The notes under the pieces were generated by a model that had not been told where the DNA came from, did not search any database, and saw only the letters and a program-made list of their open reading frames with translations. From the human T2T-CHM13v2.0 reference genome, Homo sapiens: 64,000 bases of DNA. The stretch lies in assembly GCF_009914755.1 (NCBI RefSeq), contig NC_060929.1. One strand, 5' to 3'. The translations under genes and the position numbers were made by a program. Shown in pieces: positions 48,401-62,454 of this stretch (positions are counted from its first letter, which is position 1; every line of letters begins with the position of its first letter).

Positions 48401-49779
48401 TACCTTTTTTCTTCACCTTTTGCCACCACTCTCAGCCTGTGGTCTCAATTGCCAGCCTTTACACTTGCTACCCCCATTGTCTGGGTAGTTCATACCAGTC
48501 CCTCAAGACTAGCCTCAGGCATTGCCTCTTCTGGGAATACATCCTCTTACAGGCCAGGATATGACTCATGGGTGCATTCCTAATAGCACTTCACTTATTT
48601 CTACTGTCACCACACTGATCTGTAATTACTTGATTTGTCTGACTCTTCTGGGGGCTTGTAAGCATTCTGGCACAGAGAACTATGACTTACTGGGGCTTAC
48701 ATCTCTTGCTAAACACAGTACCTAAAATTTAGTAGGCATTCCCTCATAAACATGAATGAATGAATCAAAGAATGAATAAACATTTAGGAAATGATGTTGT
48801 GTTGGTCAACTTCTTTCCTCATCACTGTTAAAGATAAAAGAATGCCAAGCCAGGTTGTTCAGACAGAAGCAAGCACCACATCCCTGAGAGAGCAGCACAT
48901 CTGGGCAGCCATGTGTGAGAAGTCGGTTGCATTCCCCATACACAGTTGTCTTTGCAGCTGTACTCTTAACCACTGTAACCACAGAAGTGGGGAAACAATA
49001 GGGTGGGGTGAAGTGAAAAGAAAATTTTCCAAAACTTCATTTATCTAATAAATACAGATATTTAATTGTGTTTTTTCAGTTATTTAATTTTAGATTCATA
49101 TGAAATTCTACCCTAATTTCTGAATTTTAATGGCTTGTGGCATTTGTGTGGGCATTTGTGTGTAGCTTGCAATGACACAGCTGTTCAGACAAAGAAAGTG
49201 TGATGCACAAAACCTATGAGGTCCAAGGAACACATTCATGCTCCTCAAGACTCAGGTAAAAGTAGTGAAGCAAACAATATGCAAAGCCCCTGAGGATTGA
49301 AAAATAAGGCTTACATACTGAATTGTGCTGAAACACTTGAGTTCATCTGGAGGGCCTCTCAATGGTAAATTGTTAGAACCAATTTGCCTTTACCCTAAGT
49401 AAAGATTTTTCATCAAGAAGAGGTGGAAAACTTACAGAGACTGAAAAGGACCCTCTTTTTATGATAAATTAGTTCCTGCAAAGTATGAACTGCACTAGTC
49501 ATGACACAAAAACTATGCAGAATAATCAGAAAACATTTTATTATTAAGCTTATCCACTGATAGACTGAAATATTACTTTTAGAGCCTAAGAAAGCATTAA
49601 TTTAATTAGAGCTTCAGTAAATGCTATAGTGTCAGACTGATAAACCTGTTTGCTACATAATTATAAACTTTCATGAATTTCACAGTGTGAAGTTCAAGTG
49701 TGAAGTTGCCAGTGTAGAACTGAATGATGCTTAAAGCTTTATTTTCTCAAATAAAAAATTTTAATAAAATAAGAGCAGA

Positions 49780-51285
49780 TAAGCTAGGGTCATGCTCAGT
49801 GGTGAAATTTTAAAAGTACTCCATTATATTGAAGGATAAGACAAAAGAAATTCTATTGTCACTTCATTTAACATGGTTCTAGAAATTCTAAGAAATTCAA
49901 TTAAACAAGAAAACACAGTAAAAAGCATAAATATTGAATAGGAGAAAATTAAATCGTCATTATTGGCAGATAAAATTATTGTATATATGGAAAACACAAG
50001 AGAATCAAGTAGAAAACACACTACAAGACACAGATACTTTATTAAGGTCTCCGCTTACAATATTCTCATGTTTATTTTTTTTAATTCTTATGGAATCTTT
50101 ACAACTAAACTATTATTTGGTTGTGTCCTCAAATTAAAAAAAGATAGACATGTAATGTATCAAGTTGAAGATGTCACTTTCTAATCACACTCTTCAGGAA
50201 TAGTCACATTTAATAAGTGACATTTAGGCTTCCAGATGCTCTTCTGTGCATACACTATTATTCTAAATATCTTGCAGAGAAATAAATGTTGGAGAATAGC
50301 CTGCACAATTCCAGAGAAGAAAAGAATTGTGAAGCAACTAACCATTCACGTGGTTTTAAAATTTGATTCAGCAGGAATTCACAGAACTATCAATGGTATA
50401 AAACAGAGAATCTGCAAGTCCAGATCTATGTAATTACAAAAAATTCATCCATTTCTAATCAGTAGGGTTAAAGTGGATTATTTAGCAAATAAGATTGGAA
50501 TAACACACTAGCCATTTGCAAATGAAGAAAGGTAACTGACTTCTTATTTCAAAATAAATTCCACATAACTCAAAGATATAAATAATTTTTAAAATAAAAA
50601 CAAATGCTAGAATACATGGATCAATCATTTCATATTTTTTGGATGCAAAAAGCGTTTCTAGATAAAACGTAAAACCTAAAAGCCATAAAAGGAAAAGATT
50701 GATATGTTTGACTAGATAAAATTTAGAATGCTGGTAATTTCTTTACTAAATTTTAAAAAGTCACAACCAAAAGAAAGATAAAAATAGACTGGAGAAAGAC
50801 AGTAACACTATGACAAGCAAACTTCTGTTATCCTTATAAGACCCCAGAGTCTTACAAGTCAGCAAGCAAAAGATGAAGAGCCCAAGAAGGAAATGAACAC
50901 AGCACATTAACAGAAGGCTCACAGGAGAAATAAAACAAACTTTAAAAATAGGAAAATGTGCGTAATCTCATTCTGAATAAACAATGCTGATAAAATGAAT
51001 GAGATAAATGCTTTGCCCATTAAATTGTGAAAATTATAAAGATCACTAAATTTCAGTGCTGAGAAGGGCATAGGAAAATGGGCTTTATCATATACTGTTA
51101 ATAGGAATGTAAATTAGTACATACTTTTAAGAGGACAATTTGGAAATATATAACAAAAATTTTAATGTGTATACCTAGAAATTCTATGTATAAAATATCT
51201 ATATATTATTTCTTGTAACTAAGAATTCTAAATCTAAATAAATTATAGTATATTCATATTATGGAATACTAACAAAGCCATTAAA
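49780..51285 (+). mobile_element. Old L1M fragments
   Basis: A-rich degenerate L1 ORF2/3' motifs. Confidence 0.6.
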
Positions 51286-52822
51286 AAATTCTTTTAATGT
51301 AAAAAAAAATTTCCTTCTTAGACTCTTCATCTTTTGCTTGCTGAATTATAACACTTCGGGTGTTAAGGATAACAGAACTTTGCTTGTCATAATGTTACTA
51401 TGTTTTTCCAGTTTCTTTTTATCTTTTCTTTTGGTTGTGACTTTTTAAAATTTAGTAAAGAAATTACCAGCATTCTAAAACTAGCACGGTAGTGCTACAT
51501 ATGCTGATAAAGAAAAATGTCTATGTTATTTTGTCAAAAGCTTCTAGCAAGATAAAACTCTCCAAAAGTCTCCATCTTTCTCTTACTCCTTCCCCCTATC
51601 ATTTCCATGAAAAATCCGAAATGTGCAGTGTATCTATCAGCTATTGCTACATTGATGCTCAACAACAAATCATGCCAAAACTCAGCGGCTTTAAGCAACA
51701 TTTATTCTCACAAATTGTGTTGAATGATCTAGATTGGGCTCTGCTGGGTGATTCTATGATATTACTAACAGCTAGGATGACTCAGGGATCTGAAACTGAA
51801 GGAAAGTTAGCTGGGTTCAGCTGGGAATGCCTCTGTTCCATAAGTTTCCCGTCTTTCTCCAGAGACAAGCAGGCTAACCCAGCTGCCTCTTTTTACAGCA
51901 GGGGCATAAGAGGGCAAGCAGAAAAATGCAAGGCTGGCCTACCCATCAATTCCACTTCATTTTATTGGCAAAGAAGATCACATGACCAAACCCAGAATCA
52001 AGGAGTGAAGAAATATATTTCCCCTTGGGTAGAAACTTAAAATCACATGGTAAAATAGGTGGATAGGAGAAAGAGTGAAGAGTCAAGCCATTAATGCAAT
52101 ATCTTACAGTCATACATGAGGACAGCTTAGGTTACATTTACAGAAAGACACAAATGTCACCTCCCTATTTGAGGAAGCTCTTCCTATCTCATCCATATTG
52201 CAGCAAGACTACAGCCACATGCTTTCCATTACTTTGTGAAATAAGTTTTGTCTATATGTGTATTGAGAAACTTTAGGGAAGAAAAAGTATTTGGGTCATG
52301 CGAGGACTTCAATATACATGGATCTGTTAATCTAATAGCAAAATTATAATCATTTCTTACTGAAATTGTTAACATTAAAAAAATACTATTCTCTTCAGTG
52401 TGAAATGGAAGGTTTTCCCTTTTATATGATTGATCCAGTTGAAATCATATGCATATCTTTGGGCCAATAACAGTCACTAGGAAAATGCCATGAACTTATT
52501 GGCTTGGAAATGGCTCACCTTTTCCAGAACTGAGAATGAGATGGGTACCTGGTCAAAATAGGGGTGACAAAGAAGGAAGAAACTGAGAATGTTGGAGAAG
52601 AAAACAAGAATGTCTATCATCAGAACGAGGGTTTTTTTTTTTTTTAATTAGAGAGAAAAAGAGGGAATATTAGAATGAGAATATGCTTAGAAAAAAGTTT
52701 GGAAGGCAGTGCTCCAAAATGTTTTCAGTGGTTATTGGGGAAAAGAATGGGATGGTGGTGGATGCATGAAAGCAGGAAACTTCCTCTTATTTCTTTTGTC
52801 TTCTTTTTTTTTGAGGGGGGTA

Positions 52823-53005
52823 GTATATAGATGTGTATATATGTATACATGCATATATATACATACATATGTATACATATATACATTCATATGTATACAT
52901 ACATATATGGGAGTATACATGTATGCATACATATGTATACATACATATATACATATATATGGGAGTATACATATGTATACATACATATATGTATGTATAT
53001 ATTAT
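52823..53005. repeat. (TACA/TATG)n low-complexity repeat
   Basis: Direct reading. Confidence 0.9.
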
Positions 53006-54660
53006 TATACAAAATAAAAGTATAAATTATGTATTAATATAACTCTTACTTAGAATTATTATTCTCATTTTTTCTGTAAAATCTAGACTATAATAACCTT
53101 GATAGCAAGATTTTCTATTCTAGAGTCATAATCTGATTTCTCCCTTGTGATGTGGATAGTACAACAGTATATTTCAAGATTTCTTATCCTTCAGTATTTT
53201 AAGTAATTAATAAATTTCATCACAGTTTATCAAGGCCTTCTTATTATACAAATTGCAGTGACAAATGCTATGGAACAAGATGATACAACATGTTCCTACA
53301 AGTCACATCTCTGCTTCTGCACTTTATCTGCTAAACTGTCTTAGTGAAAAATCACATAATGCTGCCAAACGGGGCCCATATAAATTTGTTTTCCTTTATT
53401 TGTGCTTGACAGCATTCTTTTCCAATGCCCTCGATAACCATTGTCAAATACACTCACCTTTTACTCTAAGTCTTCCATTGAACCTTGGCCTTTCTCATTC
53501 CCAGAAAATAAGTTTGCCTATACTTTGAAAAAATGTAGACCATAACTCATGTTTTTGCTCTCATTTCCTATCTCCATCTGCAAACTCAAAACTGGATAAA
53601 TTCCTGCCTGCTATTCCCCTAGTCTAAGAACAAGCTAACCCTTCATCTGTAGAAGACCAAACCAACCATTCATGCCCTTAACTCTATCTCTATCCGTCTC
53701 TCTTCCTCCAGAACCTTGCTTCATCAGTCATTTGATCTCTCTTGTTTCTTTGCTTCTATTGTTCTGTTAATTGGCTTTTTAACGTCAACATTTTCCATTG
53801 TTTCCAAGTTTCCAGATGTAAACTTCAGAATCATGTCTGCTAGATTGAACTTCCATGAAGAAGTGTGCTATATTTATATGTTCAAGGCTAGATCCCCAGC
53901 ACTTAAAGAAGTACTCACTGGTAGCACCTAATATTCGATCAATAAATATATATATATTGGTTCAATGAATGAACATCCAACTGCCTATTGGATTTCTCAC
54001 TTAGATGGACCACAGATATCTCAAAACAGCTCTTCACCTATCCCACTGGCAGCTTTTCAAAGTTGCCGTTTTCCAGGTGTGGTAGAGAAGTTCCCAAAAT
54101 TCAGTGGACTTAAGGGACTCTGAAAAGAAGGATGACCTGTGTGAACTCAGGTTACACACTTCCCACTCCTTCTGCATTGGCTCTGCTTCATATCCAAGAA
54201 CAACAGCACAGGCTTAAGTGGAAATCCCAAGAAAGACAGCCTACATTTCTGCCAGCAAGCTTGAATGGGACAAGACTGCAAAATTTGAATGTCGGAGAAA
54301 ATAAAGTAGTATTTCTTACACATCTGACTAATGGACTGTGATATAAAGATGCATATACACTTAGCAAAAGAGGCACAGAAATGAAAGAGCAAGTCAATTT
54401 TGCTGAAAGGTCGAGGAAAGCTTTGTAAAGGCTTTAACTTTTGAATAGGACCTTGAAATATGAGCCAGTTTAGTAAACAGTGATTGAGCTTGTTATTCTA
54501 TTTCAGCCCCAGCTAAGTGTACTGCAATTCAATCCTGGCACTCACCACCCAGAGTTAGCAACACTCTTACAAGTTAAAGGAAATAATACTCAACAAGACT
54601 ATTTTTACTTTAGAAACTTTCCTCTTACTTTGGGGGTCCGCAGGCTATCCATACTTCTTC

Positions 54661-54905
54661 TGCATTAGTCAGTGTTCTGTAGAGAAGTATAATCCATAGT
54701 GTGTGTGTATCAGTGGGGAGAGAGAGATACTTATTTTAACAAATTGGCCACATGATTGTGACGGCTGGCAAGTCTGAGATCCGTAGAGCAAGTTGGTCAG
54801 CTGGAAATTCAGGTAAGAGCTAATGTTGCAGTTTTGAGTCCAAATTCTGCAGAGCATGCCAGGCAAGGTGGAAACTCTGGCAGGGTTTCTATATTGCAGT
54901 CTTGA
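54661..54905 (-). mobile_element. MLT2-type LTR fragment
   Basis: Homologous to 32165-32400. Confidence 0.65.
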
Positions 54906-55157
54906 ATTTACAACCAGCTAGTAAGAAGTACAGGTTCCTACAACCTGTACTAATCCTATTAATGAGGGCTCTGCCCTCATCACCTAATCACATGCTAAAA
55001 GGCCCCACCTCTTAATACTATCACCTTGGAGGTTAGGAGTTCATCATATTAAGTGTTGTGGGGAAACAAACATTCCAACCATAGCAAGAGGTATATAAAA
55101 GCACTGTAAGGAGATAAACATCACCCCCAGGCAGGCAAGACAGGCCAGATCCTGAGT

Positions 55158-55825
55158 TGTTACAGGTAGTTTGACAAGCAGGAGTGGGGCAGGAGAGGGC
55201 TCTCCCCCACCCAGTAGAAACATCAGGTGATGTTTTGGCAATTATCACATTTTCTTTTTGAAAGTGATAAATTGAGAGCCGGCATCAGGGAGAGGCCATT
55301 TCCTGATGGTCTACACCTGTTGCTCTAAAGTGTTAATTGAATGCAGAAACCAAGGAGAAGGAACTTCCTGGGCATGCACAGTAAGAGACAAAATGGTGGA
55401 GTATGACCTTCCAGGGGCACACCACCAGAAAAGGGAAGAAAGCCTCAGATGGGCATGCATACAACTCCTAAACACACTATGCGTGCTCACCTCCCAAGGG
55501 TAAGGAGGGCACTGTTTATGCGGGCAGCTCATCCTAAGGGAAGAATCATGGGAAAGAGGCCAGCCTGCAAAGTCCTAGGATCAAGGTTAAACACGGTACT
55601 TGACCTTCAGGTGCCCACTTGGATCTCTTCCAAGTGAACTTTCCTTTCTTTCCTGTTCTAAAGACTTTCTAAATAAACTTCCACTCCTGCTCTGACAATT
55701 GCCTTGGTATCTTTTTGCCTTATGCCCCTCAGTTGAGTTCCACCTTCTGAGGAGGCAAGAACTGAAATTGCTACATACCCCTATGGATTCGCCACGGGTA
55801 ACTAGGCTACCTTGCACTGGTAACA
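55158..55825 (+). mobile_element. MER50-family ERV1 solo LTR
   Basis: TGTTACA...GGTAACA termini, AATAAA at about 55672. Confidence 0.7.
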
Positions 55826-56168
55826 TACTGATTTCAATAACATGTATAATCAATGAATCTAAAGTGTCCCTCCCACAAGTAGTTACTCAGCTATGACATG
55901 CTGAAAAAGAAAGGTCAGGGAGGACATGTTTATTAGTCCCCTCTAGGAATTTCGGGAAAAGAGTGTTATGGTCTCACTGGCAAGATGAATGCATTAAACT
56001 GTCTGCCTAGTTTCATTAAATATTTAGTCTTCATACCCCTTGTTATAATTCCAGTTACCAAAGAACCTCATAACTATAATTTCTCTTCCAAGAAGAGGTC
56101 TGCCTCTACAACAAAAATGTTATTATTTACCATGTGAATAAATAACTTCGTCCTGACTTGTATAATAA

Positions 56169-57718
56169 TGTGTCCGGAATTGGTGGGTTCTTGGTCTCAC
56201 TGACTTCAAAAATGAAGCCGCGGACCCTTGCGGTGAGTGTTACAGCTCTTAAGGTGGCACGTCTGGAGTCTATCCCTTCTGATGTTCAGATGTGTTTGGA
56301 GTTTCTTCCTTCTGGCGGGTTCGTGGTCTCACTGGCTCAAGAGTGAAGCTGCAGACCTTCACAGTGAGTGTTACAGCTCTTAAGGCAGCGCGTCTGGAGT
56401 TGTTCATTCTTCCCGGTGGCCTCGTGGTCTCGCTGGGCTCAGGAGTGAAGCTGCAGACTTTCGCGGTGAGTGTTACAGCTCATAAAAGCAGCGTGCACCC
56501 AAAGAGTGAGCAGTAGCAAGATTTATTGCAAAGAGCAAAAGAACAAAGCTTCCACGTTGTGGAAGGGGACCCCAGTGGGTTACCAATGCTGGCTCCGGCA
56601 GCCTGCTTTTATTCTCTTATCTGGCCCCACCCACATCCTGCTGATTGGTAGAGCCCAGTGGCCTGTTTTGTCAGGGCGCTGATTGGTGTGTTTACAATCC
56701 CTGAGCTAGATACAAAGGTTCTCCACGTCCCCATCAGATTAGTTAGATACAGAGTTTCCACACACAGGTTCTCCAAGGCCCCACCAGAGCAGCTAGATAC
56801 AGAGTGTCAATTGGTGCATTCACAAACCTTGAGCTAAACACAGGGTGCTGATTGGTGTGTTTACAAACCTTGAGCTAGATACAGAGTGCCGATTGGTGTA
56901 TTTACAATCCCTGAGCTAGACATAAAGGTTCTCCAAGGCCCCACCAGAGCAGCTAGATACAGAGTGTCGATTGGTGCACTCACAAACCTTGAGCTAAACA
57001 CAGGGTGCTGATTGGTGTATTTACAATCCCTGAGCTAGACATAAAGACTCTCCACATCCCCACCAGACTCAGGAGCCCAGCTGGCTTCACCTAGTGGATC
57101 CCGCACTGGGGTTGCAGGTGGAGCTGCCTGCCAGTCCCGCGCCGTTCGCTCGCATTCCTCAGCCCTTGGGTGGTAGATGGGACTGGGCGCCGTGGAGCAG
57201 GGGGTGGTGCTCGTTGGGGAGGCTCGGGCCGCACAGGAGCCCATGAAGTAGGTGGGAGGTTCAGGCATGGCGGGCTGCAGGTCCCGAGCCCTGCCCCACG
57301 GGAAGGCAGCTAAGGCTCGGTGAGAAATCAAGCACAGCGCTGGTGGGCCGGCACTGCTGGGGGACTCAGTACACCCTCCGCAGCCACTGGCCCGGGTGCT
57401 AAGTCCCCCACTGCCCGGGGCCAGCAGGGCTGGCTGGCTGCTCTGAGTGCGGGGCCCACCAAGCCCACGCCCACCCGGAACTCCAGCTGGCCCGCAAGCG
57501 CCGCAGGCAGCCCCAGTTCCCGCTCGTGCCTCTCCCTCCACACCTCCCTGCAAGCTGAGGGAGTGGGCTCCAGCCTTGGCCAGCCCAGAAAGGGGCTCCC
57601 ACAGTGCAGTGGAGGGGCTGAAGGGCTCCTGAAATGCCACCAAAGTGGGAGCCCAGGCAGGGGAGGTGCGGAGAGCAAGCGAGGGCTCTGAGGACTGCCA
57701 GCATGCTGTCACCTCTCA
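56169..57718 (-). mobile_element. Solo LTR12C (ERV9)
   Basis: TGAGAGGTGACAGC...CCAATTCCGGACACA on minus, tandem CCAAT/GATA repeats, GC-rich U3, 4-bp TSD ATAA. Confidence 0.95.
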
Positions 57719-59080
57719 ATAAGACATAGCTTCAACTCCCCCCAGAAAGGCTTTATGTGGACATAGATTAAAAATTCCTAGGACCCATATTATAGAGGCA
57801 ATAAAGGACGAGGTGCCTCTGTGTTGTAGCATAAATTTCAAGGCCTTGAATAAAGTCTTGAGGCCCAGGTGACAGGGTTTCTGATTGGAGAGTTGTCACT
57901 TTATATAAGTTGTTTACTTGGTTGCTAACATGGCTGAGGATGGAGAGACTTCAGTTTTGCACTCCTCCAAACTGACAAATATCTCACGCCACATGAGCTA
58001 CTGAGATCACCAAGCATGCACTATAGGCAATGAAGGCTACTACTTCAAGTGGCAGAGATAGCTAGTTGTTGACCAAAATAGTACTTTCTTTCCATGAAGT
58101 ACAATTTCGTTGGCAAGAAGTTTTCCTGCAAGGACTATTTCTTAGCCACCCCTTCACCGACCTCCACAGTTAGCTGTAATCATGTGACTAGCTACCATCA
58201 AATGAAATTCAAGCATAAGTGACCTGTGTCACTTCCAGGCCAAAGCTTTTCAGCAAGCTTTTCAGCATTCTCAACTCCCTGTTCCTCTACAGTCACATGG
58301 ACTCAGTGACTACAACATCCTAGAAAACAACGGAATCACAAGATGGAGAAAGCCTGAAACTGAAAACCACTACACAGAGGTACTGTTTTATGAATGAAAA
58401 ATAAATACATAATGTGTTTGAGCTTTTATAAATTGAAATATTTATTTGTTATAGCACATAGCATTATTCTAACATACCATGAATATATCCTCTGTACTGC
58501 TTATATCCTCTGTACGTATATCCTCCGTATGGAGAATAAACTATTAAAAGCATCCCTGAACTGAGAACTATGCTGTCATTCTCTCACATCCTCAAATCCA
58601 GATCAAGTTCTTTGATCTTATCAGGAAACGTGAGAAGTATATCCTCATTATAGTTGATCAGTGGCTTGACATTCTAGTTTTTGCATCAATTGCTATGAGC
58701 TTACTCAACGTAGGTCTTAAAGAGATGGATCTACTCTTGGAGGGCTGACAGATTCGAATCTTTGATGCTGGAAGGACTCCATCCTAGACTATGAGAAATT
58801 CTTCAACTGCAAATGTTATTTTTCATTTCTCTCCTACACATATACACATACCTGGGAGGTACTTTTTTTTTTTCTATTTCTTTCATAAGTTCCCGACTTT
58901 AAAGACAAAGGGATAGCCCAGCAATCAAAAAGCACAAACTATTATGGTCAGCCAAAGGTGGGCAAATAATAAGAAAAACACACTGGAAATATACAGGCAG
59001 GTATCACTTTACCGCTCGCTACTCAAAAGTGTTATCTGAAGCCAGAGGCATCAACATCATAGAGAAGTTTGCTAGAGGTT

Positions 59081-59439
<359 letters not shown>

Positions 59440-59987
59440 CTAAAAAGCAATGGGCAGGTTAACAAGTGATCTATGTGCTCATTAAAGCATGAGAAGCACA
59501 GCTTTCACCTTTCATCTATTTTCCCACACTTTTACCCCTTTTCCAAGGTGAACGGTTTATAGGTGTGTGCAATCAAATTAGAGCTGCTTTTGTTACCTAA
59601 GAAGCAGTTAATAGAGGAGAGAAATCAGTCAAAAAAACCTGACATCACCTGTCTGGCGAAGGAGCCTAAAAGTGGGTTCAAAACGATGAATTCCCCAAAA
59701 CAGGTTTAAAGTCCTCCTCTCCAATTTACGCTAAAGCTCCAGAAAGCCTCTGAAGTTTGCAATAGGCACTTCCTTTTTCCCTTGCACTTCCTTTCCTCCT
59801 AATAGGTTGAACCAATAAGTGAGACCACGCCATGAAAGCCCAGCCTTCAACCAAGTGGGCCAGCTGAGCTCACCTTCCTTTTCCTACCAGAGGCACTTAT
59901 GTCCCCTGTTTATGCACATGTGGAAATTTACATTCAAATCTGAAAATCGAAAAACACTCATACATTTCAGAATAAAATAAATCTTCT

Positions 59988-59993
59988 TTTATT
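59988..59993 (-). terminator. Poly(A) signal for the CAPSL-like exon
   Basis: Minus-strand AATAAA followed by the GU/U-rich element TGTATGAGTGTTTTTCGATTTT. Confidence 0.6.
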
Positions 59994-60463
59994 TGTATTC
60001 ACCAAAATTAAAATAAATAAGTTCAGGACATTTTACACAGTTAGAGGTTCCTCTAATCCCGGTATTATCACCTTCTGCTATGGAGTTCCAAGACTGTAAA
60101 GTGAAGGTGTGAGGGAGCAGCTACATTTACACCTATAAGAGGAATATCTATAACAACAAGCAGATTGTTTTACCTAGGAGCCACTTCCCAATATCACTTC
60201 ATGGTTTTCTTTCTTCCTTTCTCTCTCTCTCCTTCTTTCCTTCTTCCTTCCTTCATGACTTAAAAATATAATCTCAGGCATTGATAAAAATGAACACATT
60301 CCAGATAATTAAGTAAGATGACCAAAGATCTATTTATCGCTTTTAAAATTCCAGATCCTTTAGGAAATTTAGTTTACACCTAATCCAAATCCATAGCTTG
60401 GAATTCTTTCAAACTTATTCCACTCTGGGAGTCCCTGATTTCCAAAAGAATTAATAGGCAAAA

Positions 60464-60622
<159 letters not shown>

Positions 60623-60844
60623 TTATAGTGGAGCATTTTACATTCTCCAAGATATTTTCTATTGAGTGTCATTTGCCACTGTCAAGCAGGTTCGAGTTAG
60701 GCAAGGAGAGCCTGGCTTGCCTGTCCCTGCTGAGGTGGCTCACTGAGACGGGACATGTGCAAGGGTAGCCAAAGATTCACCTGCTCACTGGCCAGCTACA
60801 GTTCCCTTGTGACCATCACTTTGTACATTAAGATTTCTAGATCT

Positions 60845-61257
60845 CTACTGTACTATCCAATATGGTAGCCACTAGCCACATGTGGCTATTTGAATTTACA
60901 CTGATTAAAATATATATACTTACAAATATATATTAAAATATACGTTTATAAATATATATTTTGTTTTATGAATATATTCATAAAATAGATTATGAAATAT
61001 ATTTTTATAATCTATATTATGAATATATTTTATAATATATTTTATGAATCTGTTCATGTTTTATATTTTATGAATGCATTCATAAAATGAATATGAATGC
61101 ATTCATAAAATATAATGAAAAATTCAGTTTCTCAGTTGCACTAGCCACTTTTCAAATGTCTATTAGCCGTATGTGGCTAGTGGCCATCATATTGGAGAAC
61201 ACAGATATAGAGCAATTCCATCATTTCAGAAAGTTCTGTGGGACAGCAGTGCTCTAG
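60845..61257. mobile_element. MER3-like hAT MITE with an AT-rich expansion
   Basis: ccaatatggtagccactagccaca ... tgtggctagtggccatcatattgg inverted arms. Confidence 0.75.
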
Positions 61258-62089
61258 AATGGACATTGTGTAACCACTCTTGTGACTACACAAGACTACA
61301 CTTATTAGCATTTTAGGGTGTAGAAATTTATAGCATAAATGAACAGATAAAAAGTGCTTTAGTGAAAGGGAGTCTACACCAAACACACAGGTAGGAATAG
61401 AACTAGAGAATGGGTACTTCCCAGAATCCTTGGGCACCCAGAAATACATGATGCCTGACATTCAGTGGCAGAGTGGAGAGGTACCAGCCCTATAGGAGGT
61501 ACTAGAAGGCCAACTCTACCCACTTCTCAATTTGGCCAGGATACGTGTTAATATTTTAAGGTTGGACTTGTGCTTCCTATACTAGGCAATGAAGTTAAGA
61601 CCAAAGATGCAAAGAGTAGGAATCAGCCTCTAAATTCCATCTCTCTCTCCTCCCTCTTAACCTCCCCAATTCCTTAATACCAGCATATACAGTCATACTA
61701 TTCCCCACAGATCTAGAAGCACCACTCAAAAGCTGGGCATTCTGGAAACTTGCTTGGCCTGCTAGATGGAAGTAGTTCATCCCTGCAAGAAAGTAATATT
61801 AACATCAAATGTTGGAACTTTCATTCTTGGCTGTCAAAATAATAGTTTTATGAGTAATTATGTTTTGCTCTTTTAAGAACATGAGCGAGTACAATGTGAA
61901 CAGGGCCTCATAATTTTCAAAGAAGAAACGTTATCACCTGTAACTGAAATACCACACAAATAACATTTTTAAATGATCCAAAAGCACCGTCAAGGAAGTA
62001 TACTTTTAAAGAAGCATGATATGTTACATGTTTGCTAACAAGAATAAATATCTTTTGGAAACACTTTAAAACTGAAATAGCTAGATGTG

Positions 62090-62454
<365 letters not shown>

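Noticed and set aside
51492-52040. 182-aa ORF
   Set aside because: It starts at a non-ATG codon, overlaps a decayed MLT1-like LTR and has no recognisable domain.
56640-57060. Regularly spaced repeats resembling a CRISPR-like array
   Set aside because: They are LTR12 tandem enhancer repeats without unique spacers, in eukaryotic DNA.
57035-57719. GC-rich ORFs up to 225 aa
   Set aside because: They lie entirely within LTR12C and are chance ORFs in GC-rich LTR sequence.
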